From a virus, in the IMG/VR virus record IMGVR_UViG_3300027782_000032, positions 96,001 through 160,000 of that record: a stretch of 64,000 nt of DNA; one strand, 5' to 3'. The notes under the pieces were generated by a model. The model searched no databases, had not been told where the DNA came from, and saw only the letters and a program-made list of their open reading frames with translations. Made by a program: the position numbers and the translations under genes. The stretch's first letter is position 1, and each line of letters opens with the position of its first letter. Below are positions 1-9,756 of the stretch, piece after piece.

Positions 1-779
1 GCTAGAGCTCCTACATAAGATCCGTAGCCTGCAGGTAACACTCTAGTTCTCTCAATAGCATTCTGCTTATACTCTTTAGAATCTGCTCCTAAAGCTTTTT
101 TTAAAGCATCGTCGCTTAAACTGTTGGCTCTTGCTTCATGAACAAGGTTAGCCCCAGGAACCATAAAATAGGATGCATGATAAAGGTCGCCGGCTAAGCC
201 TTTTAAAGGCTTAGAAGCTATATTGCCTTTGCCAGGTTTTATACCATACAGGCCGTTAAAGTCTAGTGCGTGACCTAATTCGTGCTGTGTCACTGCAGGC
301 TCGTGCATGTATTCGCCTATAGTGTCTGACATCCTATTATAGTGGGATGCTCTTAAAAGAGGAGTAATAGCATTAGTAACAAGGGTCTGAGGCATACCTA
401 TCAAGCGCATAGGAAGCGAAACCTTTTGGTTATGTAATACTCTTCCTCCTAACCGTCTGTACCAAGGTAAGTTGTCTCCCCTGTCTTTTTTCCATATAAT
501 ATCGTCTATTGTGTTTGTACCGCCTAGCCTCAATACAGTGTCTTTAAGGGCTTCTCTATTATCGTCAGAAGAATTAGCTATTAGCTCTGCATCGTGTTTG
601 TGCTCTTCAAACCTATCTGGAAGATACTTATGAAACAATGACCTAGACGGGTCTTTAAGGGCGTTACCAGTTAACATTAGATTTTGAAAGCCGCCTATAC
701 GTCCTAGCGTGCTGGCAGCTATTCTTGATATTGGGCCACCTTCTTCAACATGTATTGAAGTTTTTTCTAATCTGTTCAT
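1..779 (-). CDS. Zincin-like metalloprotease-motif protein (runs off the window edge; not in the ORF track)
   Basis: Hand translation from ATG at 779 (RBS GAGGAG) is open to position 1: MNRLEKTSIH...QHELGHALDF...VHEARAN; HExxH plus a downstream Glu. Confidence 0.6.
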   Translation of the reverse strand, partial: MNRLEKTSIHVEEGGPISRIAASTLGRIGGFQNLMLTGNALKDPSRSLFHKYLPDRFEEHKHDAELIANSSDDNREALKDTVLRLGGTNTIDDIIWKKDRGDNLPWYRRLGGRVLHNQKVSLPMRLIGMPQTLVTNAITPLLRASHYNRMSDTIGEYMHEPAVTQHELGHALDFNGLYGIKPGKGNIASKPLKGLAGDLYHASYFMVPGANLVHEARANSLSDDALKKALGADSKEYKQNAIERTRVLPAGYGSYVGAL

Positions 780-796
780 GGCGCTCCTCTGTAGGT

Positions 797-1399
797 TTAC
801 TTATTAGACCTCAAACCTAAGTATTTAGCAGCGGTTTCGCCTGCACTACTTAAATCATTAAGAAGGTTATTGCCTCCTGCTCCACTACCTGTACCTGTAA
901 GGTATCCAACACCCTCGTTAACAGCTTCATTCATTTTTTTAGTGTTTAGTAAGCCGCCAGTGTAAGGTACTTCCCCTAGCATGACGTTGCTTCCTATAAG
1001 ATCTTTTTGTGACTTCTCAGTAGCGTCTGGTGATGTGTTATTTACAGCGTGCATGCGATCTTTGTGCAACTGCTTTAACATCGTAAGTGGGTTATACATT
1101 TGATAAGCGGCTGTACCTGCACCTCCTAACATACCAGCGCCTGCACCAAGAAGACCGCCTCTTGTAGCCCCGTACAAAGCTCTGCTAAGTGCGCCCCGTC
1201 TAGGTTTGCCTGAACCGTCCTCATCTTCTTCGTTACCTACCATTCCGGTTAAGCCTGCAAGGCCGCCCAAGGCTGCACCTCCAAGTCCGCCTAAACCGCC
1301 AAAGCCAGCAGCATTAGTTAGAACTCCGTTGTATCCTTCGCCGGCTGCAGCTTTGCCCATCATTGCTCCGAAAGCTGCTGCTTTTTCTAATCTGTTCAT
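797..1399 (-). CDS. Gly/Ala-rich putative virion/internal or membrane protein
   Basis: Two Gly-zipper-like hydrophobic stretches (GGLGGLGGAALGGLAG, GGLLGAGAGMLGGAG); KAAA motifs; RBS AGGAG. Confidence 0.5.
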   Translation of the reverse strand: MNRLEKAAAFGAMMGKAAAGEGYNGVLTNAAGFGGLGGLGGAALGGLAGLTGMVGNEEDEDGSGKPRRGALSRALYGATRGGLLGAGAGMLGGAGTAAYQMYNPLTMLKQLHKDRMHAVNNTSPDATEKSQKDLIGSNVMLGEVPYTGGLLNTKKMNEAVNEGVGYLTGTGSGAGGNNLLNDLSSAGETAAKYLGLRSNK

Positions 1400-1426
1400 A
1401 TCAATCGCTCCTGTGTTACGGCTTAA

Positions 1427-1849
1427 TTAGGCCGCGTCTTGGTTAGAAAGTATACTAAGTCCACCGTTGTCTAATCTACGCCTTAAAGATCTAAGCTCAT
1501 CCTCTAGTTGAATGACCTTAATTCTCAATTCGTCGTTCTCTTTACGGCAGTTACGTCTGTCGTTGTAGAGTTCTTCTATGTCCTTCTTAAGGTTCTTCAT
1601 CTCTTCCCTTAGAAAACTCTGCATGTCTTTAGATGACTCTACTATAAGCCTGTATTCGCTGAACAACGTATCATTCTCATGGTGCTCTAAGCGCTGCTTT
1701 TTTAAGATGATCTCTTTGGTCTTTATGTCAGCTTCTTTTGCAGCCTTTAGCCTACTGACGTAGATAAAGGAAATGGCTCCCGCAAGGGAGCCAGCGGCAC
1801 CAAATAGAATGCTTATCGCTGAGAGTATGATGTCTAGCTTAAAGTCCAT
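1427..1849 (-). CDS. Membrane-anchored coiled-coil protein, holin-like
   Basis: N-terminal TM helix (IILSAISILFGAAGSLAGAISFIYV) followed by a long coiled coil. Confidence 0.4.
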   Translation of the reverse strand: MDFKLDIILSAISILFGAAGSLAGAISFIYVSRLKAAKEADIKTKEIILKKQRLEHHENDTLFSEYRLIVESSKDMQSFLREEMKNLKKDIEELYNDRRNCRKENDELRIKVIQLEDELRSLRRRLDNGGLSILSNQDAA

Positions 1850-1878
1850 GACGGTTACATCCTTGTAAGTAATTAAGA

Positions 1879-2325
1879 CTAATACTTTCTAGGTTGAACG
1901 TTCTTTACGTCATTAAACTCGTCTGGTCCGCCGTAGTTTACTTTAGGATTGTTTCTACCTGCGTAGTCTTGTATTAGGCCGGGTACTGCTCTAGACATGC
2001 CTGGAATGTCTTTCTTAAATGAAGCAGCAGCTCCCATAAGATGTGGAGTAGCAGCCATAAGACCACTAGGTATACCACTACCTCTAGCAACATTGTTTAC
2101 CAGCTTACTAGCGGCAAGGCCTCCCTGAGCTATACCTTGCTGCCTGCGTACTTGGTCTTGGGTGTACTCTGATGGTATACCCATCGCTCCAGCGAATGGA
2201 GTTAAAGGGCCCTTACGATACTTGTCAGCAGCTGGAACTGCCTGAGTAGGATCTGCAGCCTTCTTAAAGAACACCCTATGAAGATTAGCCAACTTGTTGA
2301 AACTGCTCATAGTCTTTACATCCAT
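1879..2325 (-). CDS. Hypothetical protein (possible virion-associated)
   Basis: 148-aa ORF in the same run as its neighbours; contains FFKKAADP. Confidence 0.5.
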   Translation of the reverse strand: MDVKTMSSFNKLANLHRVFFKKAADPTQAVPAADKYRKGPLTPFAGAMGIPSEYTQDQVRRQQGIAQGGLAASKLVNNVARGSGIPSGLMAATPHLMGAAASFKKDIPGMSRAVPGLIQDYAGRNNPKVNYGGPDEFNDVKNVQPRKY

Positions 2326-2344
2326 GTAAGAGAAAGTTATAAAG

Positions 2345-2575
2345 TCCAGTTTAAAGCCTCTCCAGATCCCCTGCCCTGGAGTCCTAGCTAAGCGTTAGCT
2401 CAGCAGCAAGCCAGTAAATTGAGCGTTATACTGCCCGCCCCTCCTGCCATACCTGATCGGCTTTCGCCATGGTATGGGTTCCTAGTTCCGTAGAGCAAGC
2501 TTCCATGCATTAGTCTATCAGTACCTAACCAGTTGACGCCCTCAACTAAGCTCTAAGCTGGACGTCATATTATGC
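2345..2575 (-). ncRNA. Unclassified structured RNA candidate in the intergenic region
   Basis: GC-richer non-coding stretch with several stems; on the minus strand CCATACC-AT-GGC-GAAA-GCC-GATCA-GGTATGG, AGTTGA/TCAACT, AGCTAA/TTAGCT, TCCAG/CTGGA. Confidence 0.4.
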
Positions 2576-2714
2576 CAAAAGACTTTTGTATAGTCTACAA
2601 TGAAGATTATTAATTTAAAAAGCTTAGTAAGTATAGAGCCTATTTAATCTTGTGGTTTATCTATAAAACTAAAATAATAAGCTAATAAGTTTACATCAAC
2701 CACTGGGACTGACA

Positions 2715-3887
2715 ATGCTGTACATACTGACTCCGTGCTCTAGGCCTTATAACCTAAAAGAAATGCATGCAACCATTCCGCCTCAAGCACAATGGGTAAT
2801 ATGCCACGACTTTGATGATGCGTATATTCCTGAGCTGAGCAACGCAATTATAATGAAGGTTGATAAGACAAGCCCGTACGGCGTTAATGCAAGAAATCAT
2901 ATGTTGAACACAATACCTTTTAAAGACGAAGACTGGATATACTTTCTAGATGACGACAACATCATTCATGAAGACTTTTATAAATACATAGAATTTGCTC
3001 TTAAGCTTGATATGTACGCTATGGTCACTTGGGCTCAGGTAGACAACAGAGGTAGGCATAGACTAAAAGCCTTGGTAGAGCCTGTAGTGGCAGCTATAGA
3101 CACGGCTAGCTATATGGTTAACTACAGGTTTGTTAAAGACTTAAGACTAGTACAGATTAATATTCAAGATGGAATATACGCTGAAGCATGTGCAAAGAGA
3201 GGTCCAGTTCTGGCAATAGGTAAAGTGCTATGCCACTACAATAAGCTTGAGATTAGTAAAAAAAAAGTAACCATACTCATCGTAAACTTCAAAACCCTGG
3301 GCTTAATAAAAAGGGCCGTAGAGGCAATAAGAAGCCTGACCAATAAAGACGATTACGAAATCATAGTGTTTGATAACGGGTCTAACGATGAGTCTTTAGA
3401 GTACTTAAGAAGCTGCGTTGGAGATGACTTACAACTAGTTGAAAACAGTACTAACATAGGACACGGAAGAGCTCTAGACAAAATAGTAAAACTTGTAAGA
3501 ACGCCATACATATTCACTATGGATTCTGACGCTTATCCTATTAGAGCAGATTGGATTAGTCACTATTTGAGTAAAATGACTGACAAAGTTAAATGCGTAG
3601 GTGCTAAGTTTAACTCTAATCCTGGAAGAGATCATATTCATGTAAGCGCACTTATGGTCGAGACTGAAGCATTTAAAAAAGTAAACGCATCGTTCGTCGG
3701 TAAGGGTGGGTATGAAAACTATGGAAATCCAGACCGGCAATCCTATGACGTTGGAGAAAAGCTTACTTGGGACTTAAGAGAGAACTGGTTTGAAGTGTGT
3801 TCTGACGGTGACTTTCGTCAGTTTGTTACTCATGACTGGGCTGGTACTCAAAATTTAGCTCCAAGAGATCTTCTAGTATTTCGGTAA
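2715..3887 (+). CDS. Tandem GT2 (GT-A fold) glycosyltransferase with two domains
   Basis: ILTPCSR...YFLDDDN (domain 1); TILIVNFKT...VFDNGS..NIGHG...TMDSDA (domain 2). Confidence 0.8.
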   Translation: MLYILTPCSRPYNLKEMHATIPPQAQWVICHDFDDAYIPELSNAIIMKVDKTSPYGVNARNHMLNTIPFKDEDWIYFLDDDNIIHEDFYKYIEFALKLDMYAMVTWAQVDNRGRHRLKALVEPVVAAIDTASYMVNYRFVKDLRLVQINIQDGIYAEACAKRGPVLAIGKVLCHYNKLEISKKKVTILIVNFKTLGLIKRAVEAIRSLTNKDDYEIIVFDNGSNDESLEYLRSCVGDDLQLVENSTNIGHGRALDKIVKLVRTPYIFTMDSDAYPIRADWISHYLSKMTDKVKCVGAKFNSNPGRDHIHVSALMVETEAFKKVNASFVGKGGYENYGNPDRQSYDVGEKLTWDLRENWFEVCSDGDFRQFVTHDWAGTQNLAPRDLLVFR

Positions 3888-3888
3888 G

Positions 3889-4806
3889 CTAGTCGTCTTC
3901 TTGTCTGTTTTTAAAGAACAGTTCAATTTCAGATTTAAACTTAACGCTGTCTCCAACGTACTTATACAAGCCTTCTGACTCTTTAAGATCATCGATCACA
4001 TTTAGATGACTAAGCACAGTATAGCGTGAAGAGTACTGTCGATTAAACATGCTTCCATGGTTTATGTGCATTACGTCCTGATCAATACCTAAAACTTGTC
4101 TATACCCCATCCATCTAGAATAAGTAGCTTCAAGCGCGGTCAACTCTTGTAATAGATGCTTGTTTATTACTTTAGCTCTTCCAAATGAAATACCTAAAAA
4201 CATATAAGACTGAAAAGTGTCTCCTCCTCCTATTATTGACAGATCATATATTGGGTGCTTCCTTATGTCTTCAAGCCGCATAGCCCAAACACCTCCAGGA
4301 GCTGAATGTTTAAGCACAGTAGTGATGAACGCAGCTGTATACGAGTCATTACCTCCTAGGTCTCTTACCTGCTTTGACAAAGACGGAGTAGTAGCTAAGC
4401 TTACTCCATGGTATCTAGTGTGTCCTTTAGGTAAGTAGTGTACCTTAGAAAATGGTTGAACTACTGAGTTAGGCTGCTGAAGCAGCCGCTTTGTCTTGTC
4501 TATCCAGTCAGGATCAGTAAATATTAGATCTGAATCTACGTAAGCTATGTACTTGTATTCGTCAGTAAGATTTTGCGCTACATGATTTACGACACGTTCT
4601 TTTTGCCAGAGGCATTGATCAGAAGTAAGCCTTATTACGCCTGGCATATTCAGATGAAAACAGCCTTTCTTAGCAACTTCAACTACCTTTACGTGAGGAG
4701 TAACCTCCTTATAACAGTTGTAGGCTATATGAAAGTTTTTTAAAGGGGTTTTACGATTAAAGTAATTCCAATAAAACATTACTAAGCAAAAGTCATCGTG
4801 CTTCAT
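3889..4806 (-). CDS. GT-A fold glycosyltransferase-like protein
   Basis: WQKERVVN...YIAYVDSDLIF DxD motif; GGGDT; HINHG. Confidence 0.65.
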   Translation of the reverse strand: MKHDDFCLVMFYWNYFNRKTPLKNFHIAYNCYKEVTPHVKVVEVAKKGCFHLNMPGVIRLTSDQCLWQKERVVNHVAQNLTDEYKYIAYVDSDLIFTDPDWIDKTKRLLQQPNSVVQPFSKVHYLPKGHTRYHGVSLATTPSLSKQVRDLGGNDSYTAAFITTVLKHSAPGGVWAMRLEDIRKHPIYDLSIIGGGDTFQSYMFLGISFGRAKVINKHLLQELTALEATYSRWMGYRQVLGIDQDVMHINHGSMFNRQYSSRYTVLSHLNVIDDLKESEGLYKYVGDSVKFKSEIELFFKNRQEDD

Positions 4807-5911
4807 TTAAGAACACCTGTATGTTTCCTGAGTTGCTAACATTTGTCATTTTTAAGGTAGCTACAGCAGCCAAAGCCTTAGGGCTATCTGAAACTATGAC
4901 TGTAACGTGCAAAGGTATTAAAACTAAACTTACATCCTCTGACCATTCTGAAAAGAATACAACTTCACTAGTAGGTAAGCCGCTGGGTACGCATGAGTAA
5001 AACCTTACTCTATGCCTTAGTCCAAACCTATCTAGCCAAATAATCAAGTCAAGGCTATCTATGTAGCCTTGAGGAGCGAACACGTTAACGACTCTGCACG
5101 CCTGAGCCAGGGTGATGATGTCTGCAGTAGACTTTCCGTAATAAGATACGCTATTAAATACTCTACATATTGAGAAGATTCTTTCATACCTGCGCCTATC
5201 TTTATATGAAGAAACGCCATCAGGATAGACTAAAGGCCCTAGCTCTTGAGACCACTCTAAAAGAATGTCACCAGACAATAGGTTCTGGTTTGCATAAAAG
5301 TATTTAAGATTATTATTTTTAGTGTACGTGTCTATTGAGCCTGCTGCGCATATGCCTGCTACTGATCTTTGGCTAATGATAATTGGAGCAGTACCGTCAG
5401 ACACTATAGCGTCACTAAGTACGTAATCATGACCTTCTGTTTTTATCGCTGAACTGTCTGAACACGTAGTTGGTGAGCCAACCATAACTTGATATCTAAC
5501 TAGAGGTCGCCAATTGGAGAGGTTTGAATAAAAGCACATTGAAAGCTGAACAGACTTAGGAAGGTAAAGAAAGTACTCGTATTGATCCATCTCAGTCGCT
5601 GCTGTTACAAGACCAGCTACTGGATTGCTGCTATACTTAGAATCTATAACAACTGTTTTTCCAAAGAAGTCGCTCTCATCTAGTAGATTATTATTGTCTT
5701 CGTGCTGTACAACTACGAGATTAGTAAGCGGCTTTGTGCCTACCCTGTAGCATATGTTATCGATGTGTGTTTCAACCAAGGCCTTTGGCTCAGCCTTAGC
5801 TATTAACTTAGGAGCCTGTATTGGTTGAAGACTACCATCCTCGCCTTCAACAAAACCTTTAGTTATCTTATCAACAATGCGTCGCAGCTTAACGAGGTCT
5901 GATGACAGCAT
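4793..5911 (-). CDS. Hypothetical protein
   Basis: 372-aa ORF, translationally coupled to neighbours; no motif recognised. Confidence 0.6.
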   Translation of the reverse strand: MLSSDLVKLRRIVDKITKGFVEGEDGSLQPIQAPKLIAKAEPKALVETHIDNICYRVGTKPLTNLVVVQHEDNNNLLDESDFFGKTVVIDSKYSSNPVAGLVTAATEMDQYEYFLYLPKSVQLSMCFYSNLSNWRPLVRYQVMVGSPTTCSDSSAIKTEGHDYVLSDAIVSDGTAPIIISQRSVAGICAAGSIDTYTKNNNLKYFYANQNLLSGDILLEWSQELGPLVYPDGVSSYKDRRRYERIFSICRVFNSVSYYGKSTADIITLAQACRVVNVFAPQGYIDSLDLIIWLDRFGLRHRVRFYSCVPSGLPTSEVVFFSEWSEDVSLVLIPLHVTVIVSDSPKALAAVATLKMTNVSNSGNIQVFLNEAR

Positions 5912-5927
5912 GATTTAAAGCCATAAG

Positions 5928-6755
5928 TTAGAGTGACCCTGGGGGCATGTATGGAAAGTCGGAGTCTGAATCATCATCTTCATCGCCAAACTCTTCGTCT
6001 TCTTCCAACTCCTCGTCAGTAGGGGCTCTGAACACGAAGTTTGCTTCCGATATCAACTCAAGCCTTGGCAGCTTTGGAAATATAATCCTCATAGCTTGCC
6101 TTATCTTTTCAACATCGTTGCATATCTCACAATCATCGGGGTCATTGACTCCTATGTCAACAGTTATCTCCATATAAGAGTCGGATGGATCGGAATCATA
6201 GCCTGAATCCTCCATATCCTGATCTTCATTAAAGGAGTAATCGCTGTCACTGTCTGAGTCACTATCGCTGTCTGAATCGCTATCGTATCCTGGCTCGCCT
6301 TCTCTACCCTTATGATCACCTAGGTCGTAGTCAACATGCCATTCTGAACTCTCAGAATCAGAGTCGCTATCTGAATCGCTGTCTGAGTCAACCTTGTCAT
6401 TACCAAGAATGCCAAGAGCCTCTTCCATCTGGTCGTCTGACATGTAAGGCTTAGTGGAGACGTCTCCACTGGATGGTATAATAGCTGAGCACTGCATAAA
6501 CAGAGGACCTACTGCTCCCTTAGTCTGGGAGTCCTTTACTGTCTTCTCAAAGTACTCTGATAGCTTGTACTTAGACTTGAAGCCTTTCTCATATAGTATC
6601 TTGATGATCTCCATGGAGTCATACACGGCTATAGTTCCGCTAGCTGGAGCTGGCACTACACCAACAAAAGCTCTGTCAAACCCTTTCATGAGCTTGATGT
6701 TAGGGTATAGCTTAGTTATTGCCTCTGCTGTCATGTGGTTTCGCTTATGCTTCAT
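5928..6755 (-). CDS. Conserved phage hypothetical domain plus acidic Ser-Asp repeat tail
   Basis: N-terminal GFDRAFVGV..IAVYD..II..L..EYF..GAVGP resembles a common phage family; two (DS)n tracts; very acidic C-terminus. Confidence 0.65.
   Translation of the reverse strand: MKHKRNHMTAEAITKLYPNIKLMKGFDRAFVGVVPAPASGTIAVYDSMEIIKILYEKGFKSKYKLSEYFEKTVKDSQTKGAVGPLFMQCSAIIPSSGDVSTKPYMSDDQMEEALGILGNDKVDSDSDSDSDSDSESSEWHVDYDLGDHKGREGEPGYDSDSDSDSDSDSDSDYSFNEDQDMEDSGYDSDPSDSYMEITVDIGVNDPDDCEICNDVEKIRQAMRIIFPKLPRLELISEANFVFRAPTDEELEEDEEFGDEDDDSDSDFPYMPPGSL
6235..6395 (-). repeat. Ser-Asp dipeptide repeats (two tracts)
   Basis: DSDSDSDSDSDSES and DSDSDSDSDSDSDSD in the translation. Confidence 0.85.
6454..6469. 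promoter_or_regulatory. Recurrent palindrome GTGGAGACGTCTCCAC, site 1 (in CDS, frame G-D-V-S)
   Basis: AGTGGAGACGTCTCCACT at 6453-6470. Confidence 0.8.
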
Positions 6756-9090
6756 CGCTATCCTCCTCAGATTCTTCGCTACCTTTAAGCACTTGGGTCA
6801 GAGCTAACACCGCTGGCACAGTCATACCACCAGCTATTAAAGCTTTTTGCAATGACGATAGCCCAGCAGGCGTTATCTTTTCTTTGATTTCTTTTACTAT
6901 CTCTTTAGCTGGGGGTTGAGCTTCCCCTTTTTGAGGTTGAGCTACCCCTTTTTGAGGTTGAGCTACCCCTTTTTGAGGTTGAGCTTCCCCTTTTGCTGGC
7001 TTATTAGTAGGTGGGAAGTAAGCGTCTGGATTGGTAGCGTCGACGTTCTTCCTAGTTATAGCCTTTAATATCTCTGGGCCCTCGTTTGCAGCTATTAAAC
7101 CTGGCGTAGATACTGCAGTTCTTGCTGCAGCCATGGGAGCAGCCTTTACAGCTTTAGTTGCGTTAAAGTTCTTAAGAGCCTTTAAAACAGCTGCTGGGCT
7201 ATCTTTTATATTTTTAAGCAGCTCTGGAATAGACTTTAACGATCTAGGACTTGCCAAACCACCTATGCCAGCTACTAAGTCTGCGTTAGGAATGTCTGCT
7301 GAATGAGCTCCAAATCCAAGAATTCCTTGCCCAAGAGCAATTGCTCTTCCGACAGGGGTTAAAGCTAAAGTATCAAAGAGTGTTTCTGTGCCTTTTTCTA
7401 ACGTACTTTTAGATGGGTTAAACAAAGGTAACGGGTCTACGCTTCCCACCGTAGAGTTGTTAGCTAAATCTTTTTGATTTTTATTGTTTAGATCTACAAG
7501 TGCTTTAAGCCTTTGCTTGTCTTCGTTTCTAGATACAGGGTCTGGATTTCGAAGTATTCGAGTGTCTAGTTCTTTAATTGCCTTGGCAGTATCTTGAATT
7601 CTTGTGTCGCTATCAATTACTTCCCTTGAGCTGTCTACTCCTTGTATAACCTTATTACCATTAAAAGGAGTGTTGTTAGATGTCGGTGGAGGAAGATTAG
7701 GTATAGGAACTTCAGGATCGATTCCAGGTACCAAACTTCCTAACGTCTTTGCAATATTAGTTAAAGAGTTGCCTATACCGCCTGCATAAAGAACGCCTTT
7801 ATCTACACCTTTAGAGCCAAATACAGGCTCGTAAGCTGGTCCACTGTCAAGGCTAGCTTTGTTAGTAGCATTGATTACCATTCGTTTGAGTATTGCGTCC
7901 TTATGCTCTTTTGGTAATCCCTCAAACGCACTTCTTATCTCAGGTGGAAGGTCAGTTAAATCGCCTGTCCTGTACTTATGAGAATGGTTGACTATGGCCT
8001 GAGCTAGGTCGCTTCTTCCTGCATCGCTAGCGCTTAGCCCAGACTTAGCAGCTCTAGCTCTAACATCGGCAAGCCTATTTGCGTTTATTAACTCTTCATT
8101 TGTCTTGTACTTTATAACAGGCTTCGCATCAGGAGGAGGAACAGGAAGAGCAGGAACATTTGAAGATAACGAAGCGCCAACTGGAACACTGTTCTGTGGA
8201 GTAGTTGTCTTTCCTCCAGAGGCTAAGAACTCTTCATACTTTTTATTAATGTCATCGCTGCCTGATTGAGCTGCTGCTGTGTTACTTATTCTATTAAGAG
8301 TCTCGCTTAGGTTCTTGTTAGCTACAGCAGCCTGCTCTGCTGTTTGAAACGTCCTTGGAGGAGGCGTAGGTGCAACTGTAGGAAGGTTTCTTACAGCGTC
8401 TTGAGCTTGAGCCCTTGATGTAGCGTTGCTAATACTGTCGCTAAGGTTCCTATTAGCTTCTCCAGCTTGAGTGCTATTAGGTATAAAAGGTGAAGGAGTG
8501 GGAGATGGCGTAGGTGTAAGGAAAGATGACACGCCATTCGCTAAGCTAGAGGCCAGACGGCCCTTACCTTCAGCTGCTAAGTTCTCTCCAAAGCTGCTTA
8601 ACAGCTTACCAAACCCTGATTCAGCGAAAGGTTTGGACGCGCTGTACTGTTTGTATGAGTTTACTAAGTTTTTAGAGTAATCAGCAGCAGCTGGGAATGC
8701 TTCCATAACCTTGGGAAGCGCTGCAGATGTCAAAGCTGACAGCAATTTGAACGATGCAGCCTTTATAACCTCAGATCTTTGACTAGTGTAATTTTGATCA
8801 GTGTACGCCTGGGCACGCAAACCTCCTAAATTATCATAAGCAATGATTTTATAAGGAGTTACGTCGGATTGGGTGGCTGTTTTATTAAGATTACCACCTA
8901 CGAGAGGCTGTGACAACTGTTTTTTCTTTAAAAAAGGATTAGTTGTCTTATCTCCTAGCTGGGTCTGCTCTTTCGGTTTGTTAGATAACCTAGAAGCACC
9001 TATGCCCATAGGCTTTAAGCCCCTAAAACTGCCACCTAAAGCCCCAGAAAGGGATATACCAGCCTGCTTATCACCTTGATTCAATGACAT
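6745..9090 (-). CDS. Large Ala/Pro/Ser-rich putative virion/internal protein
   Basis: 781 aa, low complexity, internal duplicated helix (ANRNLSDSI / ANKNLSETL), C-terminal hydrophobic segment. Confidence 0.55.
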   Translation of the reverse strand: MSLNQGDKQAGISLSGALGGSFRGLKPMGIGASRLSNKPKEQTQLGDKTTNPFLKKKQLSQPLVGGNLNKTATQSDVTPYKIIAYDNLGGLRAQAYTDQNYTSQRSEVIKAASFKLLSALTSAALPKVMEAFPAAADYSKNLVNSYKQYSASKPFAESGFGKLLSSFGENLAAEGKGRLASSLANGVSSFLTPTPSPTPSPFIPNSTQAGEANRNLSDSISNATSRAQAQDAVRNLPTVAPTPPPRTFQTAEQAAVANKNLSETLNRISNTAAAQSGSDDINKKYEEFLASGGKTTTPQNSVPVGASLSSNVPALPVPPPDAKPVIKYKTNEELINANRLADVRARAAKSGLSASDAGRSDLAQAIVNHSHKYRTGDLTDLPPEIRSAFEGLPKEHKDAILKRMVINATNKASLDSGPAYEPVFGSKGVDKGVLYAGGIGNSLTNIAKTLGSLVPGIDPEVPIPNLPPPTSNNTPFNGNKVIQGVDSSREVIDSDTRIQDTAKAIKELDTRILRNPDPVSRNEDKQRLKALVDLNNKNQKDLANNSTVGSVDPLPLFNPSKSTLEKGTETLFDTLALTPVGRAIALGQGILGFGAHSADIPNADLVAGIGGLASPRSLKSIPELLKNIKDSPAAVLKALKNFNATKAVKAAPMAAARTAVSTPGLIAANEGPEILKAITRKNVDATNPDAYFPPTNKPAKGEAQPQKGVAQPQKGVAQPQKGEAQPPAKEIVKEIKEKITPAGLSSLQKALIAGGMTVPAVLALTQVLKGSEESEEDSDEA
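6914..6995. repeat. 21-bp tandem repeat x4 (AQPQKG[EV])
   Basis: ggttgagct[ta]cccctttttga at 6914, 6935, 6956, 6977. Confidence 0.9.
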
Positions 9091-9103
9091 TAAAAGCTCC
9101 TTA

Positions 9104-9361
9104 TCAGCTAGTCGACACCAATGGCACCAGCTTTCCGTCCAACATTACCACTTTACCAGAAGAAACCTCTCTGCAGTGGTGTATGAACTCATCAAAGCAA
9201 GCTATTACAGCAAGCCTACTAGCGTTATTACCGTACTTTGACACAGGCTTGAGCTTACTTTGCAAGAAATCATCGACTAAACCGTCTAAAAGAGCTTCTT
9301 GCTCTTCTCCAGTGAATAGCTTTAGCTCTGGTCTGTCTTTAAATGTTATTTTTTTAGCCAT
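9104..9361 (-). CDS. Hypothetical protein
   Basis: 85-aa ORF packed between neighbours. Confidence 0.55.
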   Translation of the reverse strand: MAKKITFKDRPELKLFTGEEQEALLDGLVDDFLQSKLKPVSKYGNNASRLAVIACFDEFIHHCREVSSGKVVMLDGKLVPLVSTS

Positions 9362-9364
9362 TGG

Positions 9365-9742
9365 TTAAGCTCTCCCTGTGATACTAGCTGAAGTGTCCAT
9401 CTGACGTATTGAATTATTCTGAATATCAGCATAAGAACCCGTAATAGATACTGATGCAGTGGGTTCAGTTATGGTTAATGACTTGTTAAAGGGAAGTCTC
9501 TCTCCAGTAGATAGCAGAATACCTATACCTTGGTCTAAGTACTCCATTCCAATCACTGGATGCTTAGTCATATGAGCCTGACCAAACTTAAGGAAGCCCT
9601 TAACAGACTCTACCTGAACCTCGTTAGGAGAATCAGACTTAATCCAATTCTCAAGTATCCAGTTTAATAGGTCTGGCTCTGATGAAGTAGTAACATTAAA
9701 ACCAAAGCCTTCTTTCCAAGTGTCAATAGATACTGCAGCCAT
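9365..9742 (-). CDS. Hypothetical protein
   Basis: 125-aa ORF, RBS-like AAAGG upstream. Confidence 0.6.
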   Translation of the reverse strand: MAAVSIDTWKEGFGFNVTTSSEPDLLNWILENWIKSDSPNEVQVESVKGFLKFGQAHMTKHPVIGMEYLDQGIGILLSTGERLPFNKSLTITEPTASVSITGSYADIQNNSIRQMDTSASITGRA

Positions 9743-9756
9743 TGTGGTACACCTTT

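Noticed and set aside
2400-2500. Group II intron domain V/VI, HEARO/omega RNA or riboswitch call
   Set aside because: A GAAA-capped hairpin plus GGAGGGG resembles DV-DVI, but the AGC/CGC triad and AC bulge are missing, there is no RT, IscB or TnpB nearby, and no riboswitch consensus matched. Left unclassified.
6914-6995. 21-bp tandem repeat as a regulatory or CRISPR-like element
   Set aside because: An in-frame coding VNTR in a low-complexity linker, with no spacers.
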